Shown one piece after another: positions 62,144 to 64,000 of a stretch of DNA of 64,000 nt. Where the stretch lies: contig CM052816.1 in assembly GCA_028534125.1 (NCBI GenBank), forward strand, positions 11,410,001 to 11,474,000, in the 5' to 3' direction. Source of the stretch: Lama glama (lineage: Eukaryota). The notes beneath the pieces are model-generated. The model made no database searches and was not told the DNA's origin. It saw nothing but the letters and a program-made list of their open reading frames with translations. Position 1 is the first letter of the stretch, and every line of letters begins with the position of its first letter. The position numbers and the translations under genes were made by a program.

Positions 62144-64000
62144 TAAATATTTGTTGAAAGTGTGAACGACACTTAGAGAAGTTAATGTAAACATTGAGTA
62201 TCTCCTCTCTTTTCAACTTTGAAAACGCCACCATGCCCAGTCTATTGCTCTCTGTGCAAAAGGTAATGTTTGTTGAAATGAAGACAATTGAATTTCAACT
62301 TGCTTTCTCTTCTCATAGTTTAACAGAAGACTGCCATCATCCTAGTCCAAGATGGTGATGGCTCTAGATAGCCAAATGATTGCTCAGAATGGTTTTACCA
62401 TGATTTGTAACACAGTGAGTCAATTGACCATTGCCTGTCGGGCTAATATAGCCACAGATAAACGCATGGACTCACATCACTCTTTACTTGCTGGTTACCT
62501 ACAGAACCAGACAAAGCCTGAGAATAAACACAACTGACAGCTGATGGCAGGGCCATTTCTGGAGAAAAACTGAAAAACTGCAATTGGCTGAAACAGGGTT
62601 CTTTTAGTTTTTGCTTTTTGAGCAGCCTTGTTAGAAATCACAAAAGCCTCAAAAATGAGATTGCCACTTTTTAAATTATTCTCAGTACATACAAGGCAAT
62701 ATCTTTCTACTGGAGCATATTTTGTGAGTACCATGTGGAGCCTTAAAGCAGATCACTTAAGGATCCAGGGTCTAAATGGAAGCAGAGCAGGTGTTTACAA
62801 CTTGCTTACCTCTCGTTCTTATTGTCAATAGAACTTAACTAGAACTGCAGGTTTTGGACTTTGTAATGACATGGAGACGCAGCAGTAGAAAACCCAAAAC
62901 AATTAAGGGAAACTCCAAGGAATCAAAGAGCTGGGGATGAGGGAGAGGGTTGCCGAAGGTCACCTGACATCATTTAATCCAGCCCTTTGTGTTCAGGGGA
63001 CTTGAAAAGTAGTTACAAGTGATGGTAGGAGGAGTTTTGGTACTTAATCAGCCTGACAGGAGAGTAATTTTTCATTATATTGAAATGAATTCTCTCATGC
63101 AATAGTTTAATGTATTGTGTTTCGTTTGTTTTCTTTTTCTTTTTTGGGTTCCATTTGTTTTCAGTGTGGTTGTGATCCCTTCCAGTATAAAGTTTTTGCT
63201 TGCTTACTCAGCTGATCTTAATCCCTTCATTCTTTGGAACTCTTTTTTATTGGACAAGGGGAAGGTTTACACCAGCCTAGAACTAACTCTGTAAATCATT
63301 CATTTATCCGTCCACCCATGCATCCAGTATTTATTTTGTGCAACCTATAATGAAAAGGAATAATTGAACAACATAGTCATTGTCTTCAAGGAACTGAGTC
63401 CCAGAGAAGAAACAGACAAGAAATACACATCAGTAAAGGAGATAAGTGTGATGATGGGGGAAATATGGCGTCTAAAGGGGTCCTGACCTTGTCTCTTCCT
63501 CCTTCTCTTGCCCTCTTAACCTTTTGAAGTATTTTCTGAGTTTTAATCTGGTGGTGGTGGTAAGGGGGTCCATAATGCAAAACTATCCATATATCACAAA
63601 TGAAGGCAGAGCAAGGTAAGTGCCAGGTGAGGTTTGCCACAGGAACTGAAAAGGGAGACAGAATCTCTGACAGGGACAAACTGAGAAGATTTTCTAAAGA
63701 AGTGGCATTTGAACAGGACTTTTAAAAGTGTGGGCAAGATTTTGACAGACTGAACTGTGTGATGGCAAAAAGGTTGGATAGAAAGTCAGACAGTTCAGGG
63801 AAATAAGAAGGCTTTGGGAGGCACTTTGAATTTTGGTTCTCTTTTGCTTTTAACTTCCATACGTAAGCACGGCAGTTAATCCTAAATAATCCTAAATATG
63901 TGCCAGGATTTAAATGTATTCTTACCAAGACATTTGTCTGCACAGGCTCTTTTCCTTCTGTGAACCACCTCTCCTTTATCCCCTAGTAATTCTGCCCAGT

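Noticed and set aside
1..64000. SH3RF2 RING exon, downstream exons, a nested gene, or any prokaryotic-type system
   Set aside because: No RING motif exon, third SH3 exon or other credible coding sequence found by eye; the sequence is typical mammalian intron. Small non-coding exons cannot be excluded without transcript data.

Overview
Mammalian genomic DNA, very probably a camelid (alpaca, llama or camel), judged from several copies of a tRNA-derived SINE resembling the camelid Vic-1 family and from recent L1 3' ends. The window lies inside the minus-strand gene SH3RF2 (POSH/SH3RF family RING E3 ligase and scaffold). Three internal coding exons are visible with canonical AG/GT borders: 33080-32811 (270 bp, SH3 no.1 plus the first half of SH3 no.2), 29905-29810 (96 bp, second half of SH3 no.2, not in the ORF track) and 19314-18991 (324 bp, linker). 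The RING exon and the 3' exons were not found and presumably lie outside the window. The rest is intron, dense with transposable elements (old and young L1, L2, MIR, Vic-1-like SINE, MaLR/ERV LTRs, hAT/Tigger MITEs) and microsatellites, plus a 500-N assembly gap. Almost all other ORFs in the track are spurious. I see no convincing new protein-coding system. The most unusual items are: a ~2.9 kb TSD-flanked L1 derivative joining a 5'UTR-like segment to a short endonuclease piece and then the ORF2 C-terminus; a TSD-flanked poly(A)-tailed insertion with no sense retroelement body; two solo LTRs with duplicated termini; a perfect 118-bp tandem duplication; and an AP-1 motif cluster. Repeat family names are from memory of consensus sequences, not from a database search; boundaries of old repeats are approximate.
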